In this document: piece after piece, positions 11,401 through 25,052 of the stretch
How the letters are laid out: each line of letters starts with the position of its first letter
Position numbering within the stretch: position 1 is the stretch's first letter
Origin: Saccostrea echinata
Taxonomy: Eukaryota
Direction: 5' to 3'
DNA length: 64,000 nt
Assembly (NCBI RefSeq): GCF_033153115.1
Contig: NW_026889806.1
Location: 7,316,001-7,380,000, forward strand
Notes under the pieces: generated by a model
Databases searched by the model: none
What the model saw: only the letters and a program-made list of their open reading frames with translations
What the model was told of the DNA's origin: nothing
Position numbers and translations under genes: made by a program

Positions 11401-13991
11401 GAATTTTCTTTTGAAAAACAAAAAAAAGTGGTAAAGGAAACAGTACAAGAATACGGAAGTATAACATTTATAAGTGTACGTGCATTGTCTCTAACGTGTA
11501 CGACTTGTTTGGTTTAAACAGCTTTCACAGAATCCTATTACAGCCCCGATGACGTCAATTTTCTTAAATCGTCTGCTTCGAGCTAAACATTCTGCTCTAC
11601 AAGAACTCGATCTTGCAGTAAGTTGACGTATAAAGCATAGTTCTCATGGCTTTAAACACCCCATCTTGTCATCTACTTTACAAAATTAATTGCAATTCTC
11701 ATTCTTGTCGAATTGTGCTGAATACAGTAGAATGAAAAAACGTGAAGAAAACGAACAGTGATTATGAAGTTTAGTTGGTTGTTTACCATCAGTGTCTTTC
11801 TCTTGTAAAATATCCAAATATGAAATGCATGTGTCAGACAGAACAGCAAACATAGAAAGCTGCCTTCTCCTAAAGGTTTCCAAGTGTTCATATCAATGCT
11901 CATGTCAAAGGTGAATGTTAAATTATATTAAATAAACTTGTTTTAACTTTGAAAAACTCATGATCACATTTTCATATGTCGTTCTCTGTGAATGTGTATT
12001 TCGTAGGTCTTTCGAATTCTGATCATCAATATCTTGCTTCATAGTCATTTTATTAAATTCTTACATCAAGGATCATTTTCTTTATTATAGTTTCTTAATT
12101 TTCGATGGTTTTTAATGTTAAAACATAAAAGAAACATAAAAGATTTGACTTCTTTACTTGTTTGATCCTATAACGTTACTGCTTATTTACTACATCAACA
12201 AAACTCATAAAACATGTGTTTACTGACCTTTTCTAGGGAGTTGTGGTGGACAAGGAATTCAAATCGGTATTGGAGAAAATTCAAAAGAAACGGATGTTTA
12301 TTGTGCGGTACGATACGTCACTTCCGCTGAACACCGGAACAGTTACCACAGCGGATCCAAAGAACATTTTTAACATCGACCCGATAAGGATTCTTTACTT
12401 CATGAAGGAACATTTAAGGACAATAGATCTATTTCTCAAGTTTGACAAAGACTCCAACAACTGTCTGACCAGGGATGAGATGCAGTTTGCTTTTGAGGTA
12501 GGCTATTTAAAGGCTATCATTATCTGAATGCTGTAAATGTCGAAATGTTCGCTTGAATGTAACATTTACGAATTTGCGACCTGAGAAACTTTGGAGAATT
12601 ATCCGCTGTGCAGAATGTTCTTTACATCATAAAACCCTATTAAATATACATGTATACTAACAAGTTGTTTTTCTTCGTTTTGTTTTGTTTTTTTTTTTTG
12701 CTTGTGTATGTGTGTGTTGTTTTTTTTTTTTTGTTTTGTTTTTGTTTCTTGTTTTGGCGTTCTTTTTGGAAAACATAAACATCAGGATGAAAGGTTTGTT
12801 AAACTAAAATTGAAAAAAATTTAAAAGCTCTAACCTTAAGTTAGATATGGAAGATATCCCATAAGATAAGCACCTGCAGATTTTGTAGTTATTTGTAAAC
12901 ATGTATTTACAGATGGAGGAATATCCCATAAGTTAAGCAGCTCTAGATTCTGTAACTATTTATTTATAGATGGAGGAATATCCTATAAGTTAAGCTGCTC
13001 TAGACTATGTAACTACTTGTTTATTTATAGATGGAGTGATACCCTATTAGTAAAGCAGCTAACTATTTGTTTATTTATAGATGGAGGGATACCCTATAAG
13101 TAAAGCTGCTCTGGATTCTGTTATGTCCTATCTGGATACAAACAAAGATGGCAGTGTTGATTTACTGTAAGTCATGCTTCAATAGAGAATTTTTTCGAAC
13201 ACTCTTTACATTGTAAACCCCAAAATGCTGAAAATAATATCGTTTTCTAGTTTACCAAAATTACAACAGGAGATAGATCGACTGGATAAAAAGTATCCTG
13301 GAAAATACAGGTAGAGAACTCATTGGCAAGCCGCTAAAACTTACGCAGCTTAACATAAGTAGAATTTAGGCATGATGGAATATGCCGTATACCTTGATGC
13401 TTATATAGTGTAGATGGCTTTTAAATTTGCATAAATGTAGGCAGGACTTCGCACATTTTTTACCATGATGCTTTGTAATCATTGTAAGAAAGCTGCCACA
13501 TACAGCACCAAAATGCTTTTTGCATTTACTGCTTAAGCACTGCATGTATTTAGTTTGGTTGCGTATATTACATGTACATTATAAAGGATATTATGCGAAC
13601 ACTAATTATGAAATATGGTTATGGGGACCATATTAAGTTTGGAAATCCTTGAATTCATACCTCTGTGACTTTAAACTTGACGTTAAAAACTCTAGATGTA
13701 ACTTTTTGGGATTTATTACTTTTCTGAGGATTGCTTCCTCTATCAATAACTGATGGTTTTCGTGCTTAGTTTTATATACTTTTCTTGACAATTACTTCAT
13801 TTATACGGCATTTTCTTCGTTGCAACAGGGAGTTCATCGAAGGAGAGCGGAGGTTAAAGCGGAAGTTGATCCAGGAGAAAGAGGAGGATGCGTTACGAAA
13901 GGGCGCGGAGGAGGAACTTAAGAGGGACCACGAGTACTCCCAGGCCTACCAGACCCCAACCAAACCGAGGTTCCCGCCAATTAAAAAGTGA
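5483..13991 (+). CDS. LRRC74-like leucine-rich repeat protein (RNI-like LRRs) with C-terminal EF-hand pair; multi-exon
   Basis: Phase-consistent GT-AG exons: 5483-5777, 7526-7713, (optional 7883-7924), 8222-8329, 8958-9051, 10398-10447, 10548-10626, 10723-10808, 10970-11164, 11522-11617, 12237-12497, 13081-13166, 13829-13991. Translation gives YRSFCNQLGVVPCSRILREL, LRR units (VNMSGNKL, LDLSHNDL, LILAHNNLG, LDLSWNHIR, LIVAWNGFG, LDLTCNRI) and EF-hand loops DKDSNNCLTRDE and DTNKDGSVDLLE. A possible 5'UTR exon donor sits at 4431. Confidence 0.85.
5891..6187 (-). mobile_element. Short copy of the same Helentron/HINE family (one internal unit), intronic
   Basis: Same termini (tgtttgtgaaacactatgcccc ... 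gacagacagacaggacaaaaacaatatacccccgggatctttcgatccagggg). Confidence 0.75.
12842..13110 (+). repeat. Tandem array of 5 acceptor-plus-exon-start copies upstream of LRR/EF-hand exon 13081
   Basis: (t/c)ag|atggag..atatcc.ataagt.aagc.gctct at ~12846, 12912, 12970, 13031 and 13081 (the real exon). Confidence 0.9.
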
Positions 13992-14732
13992 CGTCCGGAA
14001 AGACGTCAAAATGTTAAAAAGACTTGGAGGTAGAAAAAACAGACTTAACGGTGCTGCCTAGAATTCCAAGTGCACGTTATAATTGATGTAGAAATGGTGC
14101 TATTGACTCACACAGTATTAAGAGATGAACTTGATCATTCATGTTGAAGTCTGCAAAGGTGAATTGCAGAATTTTATGAATTGTTTTTGAACATACTCAG
14201 GGCTGAATCATCTGATTTATAATTAACTTTTCATTTTACCTGTGTATATTATTTGATCTTATTTACTTGTTGCTGAATATTGCATTCATTACGTGTGTAT
14301 GAAAATTTTACACTATTATATATTCAAGTTAAAATATATTTGTGTGTATTTCAACAACTTCTTTTCAGAGTACATATACTTAAGCCATATATTCCTAAAT
14401 TTTAAAATGGCGTGATTTCGCATTGTCCATTTTGGTGAAAGACATTTTTGGCGCCACATTTAGCCATGTGGTTGTCCGAGTGGTAGGGAGGATTCCCACA
14501 ATGTTTGTCATGTGTCCTTCCTTCCCAGTAGCTGTTTATTCTATACTTAAACTCAAACCAACCATTCTCTGTCTTAGAATAGTCCATCATCACATCCAAC
14601 AACCATAAGTGAGGACCATATCTAACAATGGGATAGAAATGTCAATAACTTTTGTAAAGTCTGAGTTTAGCCTCAGTTGTAACTTTTTCTTCAAAGAATA
14701 CTCGACCCGAAGAATGTTTATACAAAAAAAAA

Positions 14733-14763
<31 letters not shown>

Positions 14764-14999
14764 AAAAAAAAAAAAAAAACAAATTAAACAAACAAACAAA
14801 CAAAACGCCCCAGCTATTGCTGTATGAACATTTTCCCCTACAGTTTCTGGAGATTAACTCCCGACAAACGTTAACATAGATCAAAATAGTAATTTGTTCA
14901 GAGAAAACAATTCTAAATTCATATAACTGTGTTACTCTTGGTTTACAGCTGCATGCATAATATCGATGAAGAAATGATGTTCATACGTACAAAACAGGG

Positions 15000-15362
15000 A
15001 GGGTTAAGGCTGATTAAATAATTATGAGATAAACGCATACGAAACACCAATGAAATAGGATTAGAACGTAGTCAACAACGACAAAAAAGTACAAGACGTA
15101 AAAAAAAAAAAACAAAAAAGAAGAGAATAGAATATAAAACAAAGATAAGTGGTAAAGTTGTATCAATCAACTAAGAATGGGGTTAAGGTGTGCAAGTGCA
15201 AAACAACAAAATGGAGCTAAGGTGTGCAAAACAACAAAATGGGGCTAAGGTGTGCAATACGAGTGAAAATGGGGTTAAGCCATTAAAGTGTGCAATTAAC
15301 AAGAAACTGGGGTTAAGGAGTATAAAGCAGCAAAACAGATATAGTTTTAAGGAGTGCAAAAC
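15000..15362. repeat. Degenerate ~30-bp intronic minisatellite
   Basis: Recurrent aatggggttaaggtgtgcaaaacaac variants. Confidence 0.65.
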
Positions 15363-15375
15363 ACTCGGTGTTTTG

Positions 15376-15612
15376 TGTGACCCGTAAAAGACGGATGCTT
15401 TCTCCCCCTAGGCATCTGATCCCATTTCTCTGTTATTCTCAGGGGTCCGTATTTTACCCTCCTCACAGATTTGCAGTGTTTATAGGTTTATTAGATTGAT
15501 CACTGATCCCATTTCTCTGTTATTCTCAGGGGTCCGTATTTTACCCTCCTCACAGATTTACAGTGTTTATAGGTTTATTAGATCGATCACTGTTCGTTAA
15601 CTTCACCTGCTT
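15376..15612 (+). mobile_element. 3' tail fragment of the same Penelope-like family with internal ~89-bp tandem duplication
   Basis: ctaggcatctgatccc...ggggtccgt...gatcactgttcgtta resembles 32630-32780; ctgatcccatttctctg...gatcactg occurs twice. Confidence 0.55.
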
Positions 15613-18389
15613 CACATTCACACGTACGTGTTGAGTGAAGTGTATTCTTGTCTTTCTTGGTCATTCGTCGTCCATACGGCCGGTGATCCAGTTGGCTGTT
15701 TGCCTAGATAACTGCCCTGTCCTACTTCCGGTCCATACCAGTCCAGGTGATTGTCGCCTTGTTTCCAGGCATCATAGGCCTTGTAGAAAGATGGTTCCTT
15801 GTTGTGTATAATTGGAATAGCACAAGGACTGGTGTCGGCATTATCAGTACATCCTGTAATATGACACACGGCAGAAATGAAGAAGAAATCAAACCAAAAT
15901 ATGTCAAAAAAATGTATTTTTAATTTGCATTGGAAAAATACGTCAGAGGTAAACAAATCAAATTTGAGTGTAGGCCCTAGTCAGAGAAATCCGATTGATT
16001 TTGTTGAAATCATATCAACACTTGATATAAGATACATGTATCTATCGAATACAAGTAATAGAAATGTACAGTCAAAATTTTTCCATCTTTACATGGCTTA
16101 TTATGTTTTATACCATTGCTTTAGACTGAGCTAAATGAATTGAAAGGTTAAACATAAAACATAAGATGTTAATTAACGGATACCATGATTTAAGCGGGGG
16201 AACGCATATATTACAAGAAAAAAAATGCTATATTTGAGCGAAAAAAAAAATATCGCCGTAATTGAAGGTTTTTACAATGCTTGGATCTGTAGCTCTCTGG
16301 TTTATCTGTCCGAATTTTCTCAACCAGAGAGATACAGTTCTGCATCTAATACACAACTGGCAGTTATTTCTTTGGAATTGGTAGAAAGTATAAAAAGAAG
16401 TTATCAGTCTGTTTATATGGCTGTCTATTTCAATAAAATTTCGAATTAATACTAGCTTGAGATTTCATCAAAGCAGAAATATTCTTTGAACTCTACGATT
16501 TCATATTTGGATTCAATTTCATAAGCCGGCTCTCCTTACGTCAAACACAACCTTTTTAGACTAAATATATTACCTGCAACTAGCGATTATGTAAACCCGA
16601 GCTAATTTGAATTTTTGAAAAGTACATGTAGCTACTTAAAAGACTGATAACATTAATGCCAAAGACAACAATGGACTTTAAATAAAAATGTTTTCCATAA
16701 AAAAGGTGGCACATATGGAACTTCGAAATAAACGGCATTCAGCATAAGGAACAGTTCAAAGCTGTGCCAGAAAGTTTATAGCATTTCTGAGGAAGTTATA
16801 TCATTCAAGATACTGTAATGTAAGGTTATTTATACCATGTCTATGTTCATGACTAATTCCCCCATCAATGAACAAATCCTCCCCGTTTCTCGTCATTTTC
16901 TCTATCAGAATCACTGTTCTTGCCCATGTGCCATTTCCTGGTGTAACAATTGCTCCTGGGGTAGATGTGGTAGATAAGTCTGTAGATCCCGTAGGAGAGA
17001 TATCTATAGATCCTGTAGTAGATAAACCAATTGATGGTGTTGTAGATGCGGAAGGTGACTTTGTTGCCAAGGGATAGTGATTAAAAAAGTGATCCCCGGG
17101 TCCTGTTGGTCCACCTGAAGAATATGTCATATATTGAAATTGCTAAGTTAACTTATGATATTGGGTTATATTTCATAATACGATTTCTAACTAACTCGCC
17201 AACAATAAAGGCTATGATTGGTTCTGCACTGTTGTCAATCACGATGTGGGCGTTACCACTACCATCTATTGTGATCTTCTTCTGGCAGTCTGAGACTAGG
17301 TCGCAATAATCTCCTGCAGGTAAACCAGTCTGGAGGGTTGTGTCCATGTGACCTTGTTTGGCCATAGCAAAGAAACCTTTCTGTCCTCGAGCAAAAGAGA
17401 TTTCATCATTTTGATTTCTCCAGTGCTTTATCTCAGTTTCGACCACGGCGTTTCTGAAGGCCGCCATGTTGGCTACTGGGTTCCACCTGTGTTCACATAC
17501 CCATCCATTACCACATGAACCGTCAGCATTAATAGTAACGTCTTTCGCTGAAAAGTCAGCGTTGTCTGGGGGTCCTTGGTCTGAGTTATCAAAGAAATAG
17601 CTGCTCATGACTCTCGTAAATCCATAATTGTAGGCTAGTGTAAATGCTACGGCCATTTTGTAGTCACGTGGTGTTTTGTGTGTGATTAGATTACCACCAC
17701 CTCCGTGTCCTCTTTGGTTGTCATGGTTATCGACAAACACGAAGGCATGACTCGGGTCCGACATTCCCCAAGACGGAACATACATATCATTTAATTGTCC
17801 AAAATCGTGAATTCCATATGCAATTTTTTGACAATAACGGAACTCTGTGACATATCCTAACTCGTAATACTCATTTACTCTCACAGCTCCGTCGTTCTGG
17901 TCGATGACCTCATGGTAAAAGAACGGCCTTCCTCCTTCTGGAAGGTCCTTGACCCTGTCTTGAATGGCCTTGATATCTTCTGTCCACATGTGTTTGGATG
18001 CGTCAACTCTGAATCCCGCTACGCCTATGTCGATACAGTGGTTGAAGTACTCAGCTATTTTATCTCTGACGTATTCCTGGCTCTGATCTAAGTCAGTGAG
18101 CCCTACCAGGAAACAGTTCCGGACGTTCTTAGGGTCACTATAATTGTCGACTCCCCCGTTTCCGGACGGACACTTATCTCGTGTGTTGAAATGTTGTCGG
18201 TTGTATGGAACACCAGGAAAATCATAATTGCTGGAATTGAAATGACTTCCAGCTGTCCCTATCCCTATTCGACCCAGTCCAGCCATGTGATTGATAACGG
18301 CGTCCACATATATCCTGAAAGATAACGACTTTTTTCGTACGTACGTACAATATCCTGGGTATGATATTGACATTTGTGTTTAAATATTA

Positions 18390-18542
<153 letters not shown>

Positions 18543-20377
18543 CTATAAAGAATTGTGTCGGAATAATTCATATGACTCTTGTCTTTAATCCAAAGGGTTT
18601 TTTTTAGTCTTTACTGCATCCAGGTAACTGTGATTGATTTATGAAATAGAATTGTATTATTAAAATTTCAAGAAAGGGATATAACTATAGGAATATTTAA
18701 ATATATGTGTAGCATAAAGAAGAAATATATCACTTCATGTTGTGAACCTAATTATAATTTATGTAAGATGAATTTAAGAGCACAGGGAAAGTTCCGTTTC
18801 ATCTACTGAACCTAAACTCCACAAAATTGTTTCATTTACCGCACCTGAACTCCACAGAACTGCTTCTTTCCTAGGAATCGCTCACATTCATCTGCTATGT
18901 CTGTCCACTTCCATTAAAACAAGTGGACAATCACCTGCTTCCCGCCACAATGTGGATCTCGATAGTCCCCAAACACTATGACGTAAAAAAAATGTATATG
19001 AAATCAGTGTGTCTTTTTGTGTGCACAAAGGTATCAGGCACAATCTTTCATGAAAAATGAACAAATTTTATAACATCATATAAATTGGTACCGTATAAGA
19101 TTTTACATTTACTTGAAAGTTTGTTTACGACACTAGATTTATCAAAGCAATAGCACTGTACCCAAGGTCATTTGAGCGAATTCAAGGTAGTAGATGTTTT
19201 TTTTTTAAAGAAAGTGAGCTAAACAAAGGTCAACTTGTCCTAGTCAATAGGATGAAAGGCTTAGTTACGAAGGTCAATATTTTAAATTTCATTTTTCAGG
19301 AATATTTTATGACTCGAATATTAAGAAATCACTACAATTTTGTCATTAATTTGACTTTGTTAATTACATACTAAAATCTTTATATACTCAACAGTAAATT
19401 AAAGCTAGTACCATATATTCACCCTTAGTCTTATCTATTACACGTGCATTATATGCTTTCCTACATTTAATCATGACTTGAGTTTTCGAGGAATTGAGAT
19501 GACCATTGTAAAAATCAACATTAATAGAACTGCGATTGAAGAATGAATTTAGAATTCATAAACAAACCTTTATAACAACTGAGTAAGAATAGCAGAAAAT
19601 TCCACATTTCTCGCACTTTCGTTCAAGACTGTTCTGTGGTGGTGTCTGAAAGAACTTATTTTATCGCATTTTTATCATGTTACCTTAAGGCCTTCCGAAT
19701 TTGACATAGGAATTCTTTTAGATTTTGATCATTTTTACATCACAGATTCTAAAAATAGGAATCACAAAGTACCTTCCATGGAGGGCAGATAATTTCTTGA
19801 TATTTCTTTATTCATGCTAAAGCACACGTTTCCAAAGACGTCTCTAAGAGTAACATACGTGCAGAGTATATATTTTGTAACCTTTACACCATGTTTAATC
19901 TGCTTTGTTAACTGAATTTCTTCTAAATTGAACATTGAGTGAATATTAACCTTTTGATAGACATTTTAAATAGTTAAACACTATTTTATAGTAATTTTAT
20001 TTTAATTAAACTGAGTATTAAATCGTGAAACTCTTGGTGGGAGACAATGCTATCACTTCTTGATGGTAACCAGAACTTTCGTTGAAGGTCTCTTCGTTGA
20101 TGCAATATGTCCTGGAAATAGTAAAAAAAAAAAGCAAACTATAATTATTATAGTCTTCAGTGATTATTGAATGAACCACCAACTACATTTACGTGTACAA
20201 GGCTACAAATTCTCAGGTTAATTAAAGATTGAAAGGATTAAATTCAAAAAGGATACAATTTAAACAAATGCTTATAATTTAATTTTGGTTGTAACGCGTC
20301 ATTTGATTGGATAAAAAAGATTAGAATATATCGCATAACTTGGGTTGCCTACGTCACAATGACTTAAATACGTAAAA

Positions 20378-22210
20378 GAGGGTGTTGCAGAAACTCGTGA
20401 TTATTCCCTATATCGAGAAGGACATTTAAATACCCAAGACGCATGAAAAGTTATCTCTAAATATAGATAATGCTACGTAGTACGTAGATGACTTTATTTT
20501 TACGGCGGGTATGTCCAGCTTGTTATAACAAAACATTTCAAATTTTACGTTTATTTCATGCATAGTTTTTCCTATCTTGTTGATTTATCCGACTTCAAAT
20601 AAAAATTATCCTATCCTATAGACTGGCGACCTGATAGTAATCTTTTTTTTTCACATCTATGTTCACTATCGCTATATTGCACGCGAAAAGTTAGAACGAT
20701 AAAATGCACAATTAATGGCAAGTGCATCTCGCACATCATTTTGAAAGATGTGCTGTAGACAGCATGCGTTAATATTATACAATTATGGACTCTTTCGATG
20801 GTGAATATGGTTTGTTATTCACCAGAAAAATATCAATATTGACCTCGGCTTTGCCTCGGTCAATATTGATATTTTTCTGGTGAATAACAAACCATATTCA
20901 CCATCGAAAGAGTCCATAACTGTTTTATTATAGAGTCAGGATTTAATGAATAAGACATTGAAGGCCGCCTGACGATTCCATTTTCATTAACGAACTTCTG
21001 TCGTAGAAAAATAAAGAATGTCCAGATTACAACCTATAACCTCCGTGTTTTCCTTTCGATGTGCGTAAGACATCGAAATGTTAAGAAAATAATCCTGCGA
21101 TAGACTTGCGGAACAATTTTTCCTGCTCATATATTCAGCTAGCTCCGACCGCTGCAACCCTTGTTTTCAACGTTGTTTGGGGTATTGATTGTGACGTCAC
21201 AATGCCACTGCACGCGCACTGACCCTCCGGTGAATACGGCTTCAAATCCGGTGAATATGTAGTGTTATGAACTGTTTGCGTTTGTATAGATTATATAGGG
21301 GCTATTTATAGACTATATAATAATTTTTAATATGTATATAAAATGTGTCCAATAATCACGCTGTTGATGCAATATCCAAAAAATTCCATTGAGTCATTTC
21401 AATTTAGTTGTTTCAGGTCAAATCTGAGCAACTAATTAACAGAACAATAATGAAACGAAATGAGTATGAAAAAATTAAATTATTTAAAATGATAGTACTT
21501 TATTTTTTAAGACATCGCCACTAAATGTATGTCTTATTTGATTTAGATCACAATATCAAGGAAAACAATTTAATTCTGCATGCAATTAAAATATTACCCA
21601 TTAACTTTCTGACATTCTCTCCCTCTCTCTCTCTCTCAAGAGAGATGTTACATTGTACTTCAATTATTTAAATTATTTAAGAAAAAAAATATGTATATAC
21701 CAGCCATTCCAGGTATTCGAACCCATTCTCAGGTAAAAGAATCTCCGAAAAGAGTCCACACGCTTTACCACTGACTCCGACACTGAAGTATCATGTGCTA
21801 TTTTATGTGCACATTTTCCATTTCGGATGGATAATAATTTTTATTCGATTTTTGTGATTTTCAAAAATATGCCTCTTTGAAACAAAAATCGGAAATGGCA
21901 GTTTTGAAGAAAAATCCTGTCTCTTTATGCGTATTTCAAATTCATTCTGTTTCAAGGAGGCAATTTTTCAGAACAATGGGGATTCCCTATTTGAAAAACA
22001 GAAAACTTGACTCATTTTGCTAAGTGGCTAATTTACACTTCATTTAATGGCAAATTGGTAGTCGATATGCAGTTTCTAAATATTGTTCTACATTGTGCTG
22101 TATATACCGTTGTATCTGAAAAAAATTTAAGACCGTTTTCTGTTACTTGAATTTTTCCTTTTAAACTGCTACAGCTTTAGGGAAAATAACAAAAGAACTG
22201 CAACACCCTC
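20378..22210. mobile_element. Putative non-autonomous TIR DNA transposon (Kolobok-like ends)
   Basis: Inverted repeat aaagagggtgttgcag (~20375) and ctgcaacaccctcttt (~22198-22213); no coding capacity seen. Confidence 0.4.
20783..20919. repeat. Perfect 62-bp-arm palindrome with 13-nt loop
   Basis: Arms 20783-20844 and 20858-20919 are exact reverse complements; loop tcggctttgcctc. Confidence 0.95.
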
Positions 22211-22276
22211 TTTGAAGGCATTTTTGAAGGAGAAATTGTCTTTTTTTTAAAAACTTAATGATGAAAAATTAAATTA

Positions 22277-22380
22277 TAAGGAATGAATTTAATAGCAACC
22301 TATGCGGTTTATAAAGCGTAAACTGTTTCAACCAAGGTTATACCAGTATAACTTGGGTAGCTATTAAATTCATTCCTTAA
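22277..22380. repeat. Inverted repeat (20-bp perfect arms)
   Basis: taaggaatgaatttaatagc ... gctattaaattcattcctta. Confidence 0.7.
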
Positions 22381-23964
22381 ATAATGCTCACTCGTCTAGG
22401 TGCCTGACCATGTCATGTGCATTTTTACAACGTTTTAATAATTACACTGCAAAAATAAGAACAAACAGAGCATATTTAGACAACACATGTACATATACAA
22501 TCAAACGCAATAAGGGACGGTAAGTGATATAGAATAAAAATAGATTAATTTAGATCTTTCTCTTTAAAATTTAATTATTATGCAACATATGAAACTGTCA
22601 TAAGTATGACTTCTAAGTCATACTTCTGTTAACACGAAAAAAGTCTTTATAATCATGGTCGGACGGAATGAAAAGGTTTTCTGAATATGCTCTGTAACGG
22701 TTTAGGATCACTTGATGAAATACATAGCCAAAATTGATTGCCAATGTCTCTTTTTCTATTGGGCATAGTTTTGCAACCTGTCTATCAATACTCTAGATCC
22801 ATAAGCAATAAGCAGATTCTCTTGTTGAGCAGAGCACCAAGCTTTAACACACCGTATGGAAGATACAGCTTAACCAGAATGCCCTTTCGCATTAAATCTG
22901 CCTCGGAAGTCTACCATAGAGCTATCTCGGACTTTGTGAAAGATATTGAAAGATGTGAAGCCATCATAGACGATTTTCATATCCGGGACAAAGATCAACA
23001 GGAACATGCTGAATCTATCACATGAAATCTTTAAAGCTGGAGTGCAGATTCAGAAAAGATTAGAGCAGTAAAGAAATGAAACTTTACAGAGCTTATGATA
23101 TTTCTTGGATGTGTGCAATACTAGTAATTAGGAAAATTGATCCCAAATTTATCCGAAATTTGTGAACTATTGAGACAGTTGCTCTGCAAATACATCATAG
23201 CATGGCATTGAGAAGAGGTCAAAATTATGAGTTTTGAGAAACTAAAGCAGCAGCTAGTGTCAGAAGCTCTAGTACTTCGAGATAAAAACCCAAAAAAGAT
23301 TTTAGTGTTCACAGTGGATGTAAGTTTAAAGAGACTATGAGTCTGTATTCTCATCAATTTTGAGTTGCTAAAATACGGTTGTCGCGTCAAGTTTTGTTAA
23401 CAAACTAGAATCTCTTAATTTTTGTGATTATTTCTTCCACTGTCTGAAGTGGGAAATGCTCCCGGAGAATTGCATTCTTAAGGTCTCGAGGATCTATACA
23501 TAAACGAATTTTTCATTGGATTTGATCACCAACGGTGTAGACTGATCCTGTCTCATAATGACACCATTTACTTCCGTCTTGTTCAGTTCCTCTTTCACTT
23601 TCTCTTTAAGTGACAATGGTATCTGACGAATCGCGTGAGTGACCGGTGTGTCATTTGGATCCCCATTTTATACTCTCTTAGCACGCATCATAATTTTTTG
23701 AAAACATAAGTGTAGTTCTCCATGTTCTCTAGAATGTTATTTGGTGTGACACTGTTCTATAGTGATATACTCTTGACACAAGACCATCACTCCAAATATT
23801 TGTCAGACATCGATTTTTATCAAGAGGAAATCTAGATCAATGTTTTTTTCTTTTTATTTCATGGGTAGAGTAAGAAATTCCGTTGGCTTTATTGTGTAAC
23901 CTGAATATGATATATGATGTTTTATGAAATACAGTTTGTGCAGTGCATTTTCCTCAATTTCATT

Positions 23965-24843
23965 TCTGTATAGGGGATTAATTTCACGGGTTGTAATTTT
24001 CACGTTTTTCTCTCCTCGGACACGATCGCGGTTTGTTGAATTCGCGGAATCGGTATATGATAAAAGTAACCTCCTTTGTCTTTATCCGTGTAATCCATAG
24101 TATAGCTAGAACGACATTTATCAGCGTTATGTATTCACTTCACGAACAACAGTCAGGGTAGGTTTATATAAAATGATTAAATTTAGTAGTTAATTGATGA
24201 ATAATCAAAACAAGTGCCGTTATTAAATTTTTTGACTATAAACGTCAAATGACTTTCCTTTATGCTTTTACGATGAGTGCATGTGTACACATCTTTCCGA
24301 AGGTATAACATATCGCAGCGAAAAAAAAAAAAAAAAAAAAAAAAAAACACTGGACGCTAATAAATGTATTAATGTAGGTAGACGTAATAATATCTTTCCA
24401 TATCTTCAGCAAGTTCGATAGTAATTTTTTAAAACCAAAGTTTTCATAAAAACTAGTACGCATAATGCTAATGCAGACAACAAATACACGTGGTAACGTT
24501 ACGCACGGGTAATCAAAAGCCATGACCCATGTGTTTTGATTGATGAAACGTATCTATTATAACAGCTTTTTACCAATAAATACAGGTTATTAGCTGCTTA
24601 TTTGAATTAAAGTAAAGCGTGATAATTAAGATAATTGAATGACAAATAATACTCGTATTGCTGAATGACCATGAATTATACGTATATATACCTATCGTAG
24701 TCTGTTCTCAAATTTCCAAATAAAACACTGCGGTTTAATATTTAAAACTTATTCACTGTTTCATGAATTCACGGATTTATTAACACCGTGAATATAGCGA
24801 ATATTACATGTAACACGGCGAGTTATTTCCCCCCTTTACAGTA
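23965..24843. mobile_element. MITE with ctgta...tacagta termini inserted in the Gypsy pol region
   Basis: Left ctgtataggggattaatttcacg versus right cgagttatttccccctttacagta (imperfect TIR); it interrupts the protease-RT junction. Confidence 0.55.
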
Positions 24844-25052
24844 AATGGCAGCACATTGCAGATTGCTCCAGTGTCCAGTTGGAATTTAACATGTTTTCCA
24901 TGAATTTTTAATTCTTATGTCCATTTGTTGGAGTGTTTGTCCATAATTTCAGTATCAAGGCCTCCCATGAGTAGAAATTCACCTCCTCTCTGTGTGTCAC
25001 TTGAATCTGAGAAGTTTTCTTCCTCCACTTAACGACTAGACTTTGATTTGCT

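Noticed and set aside
14590-14884. Poly-Phe/poly-Lys ORFs
   Set aside because: A-rich low-complexity tract in an intron.
21712-21785. tRNA-like A/B boxes on the minus strand
   Set aside because: No complete cloverleaf; probably a SINE head remnant, so not called as tRNA.
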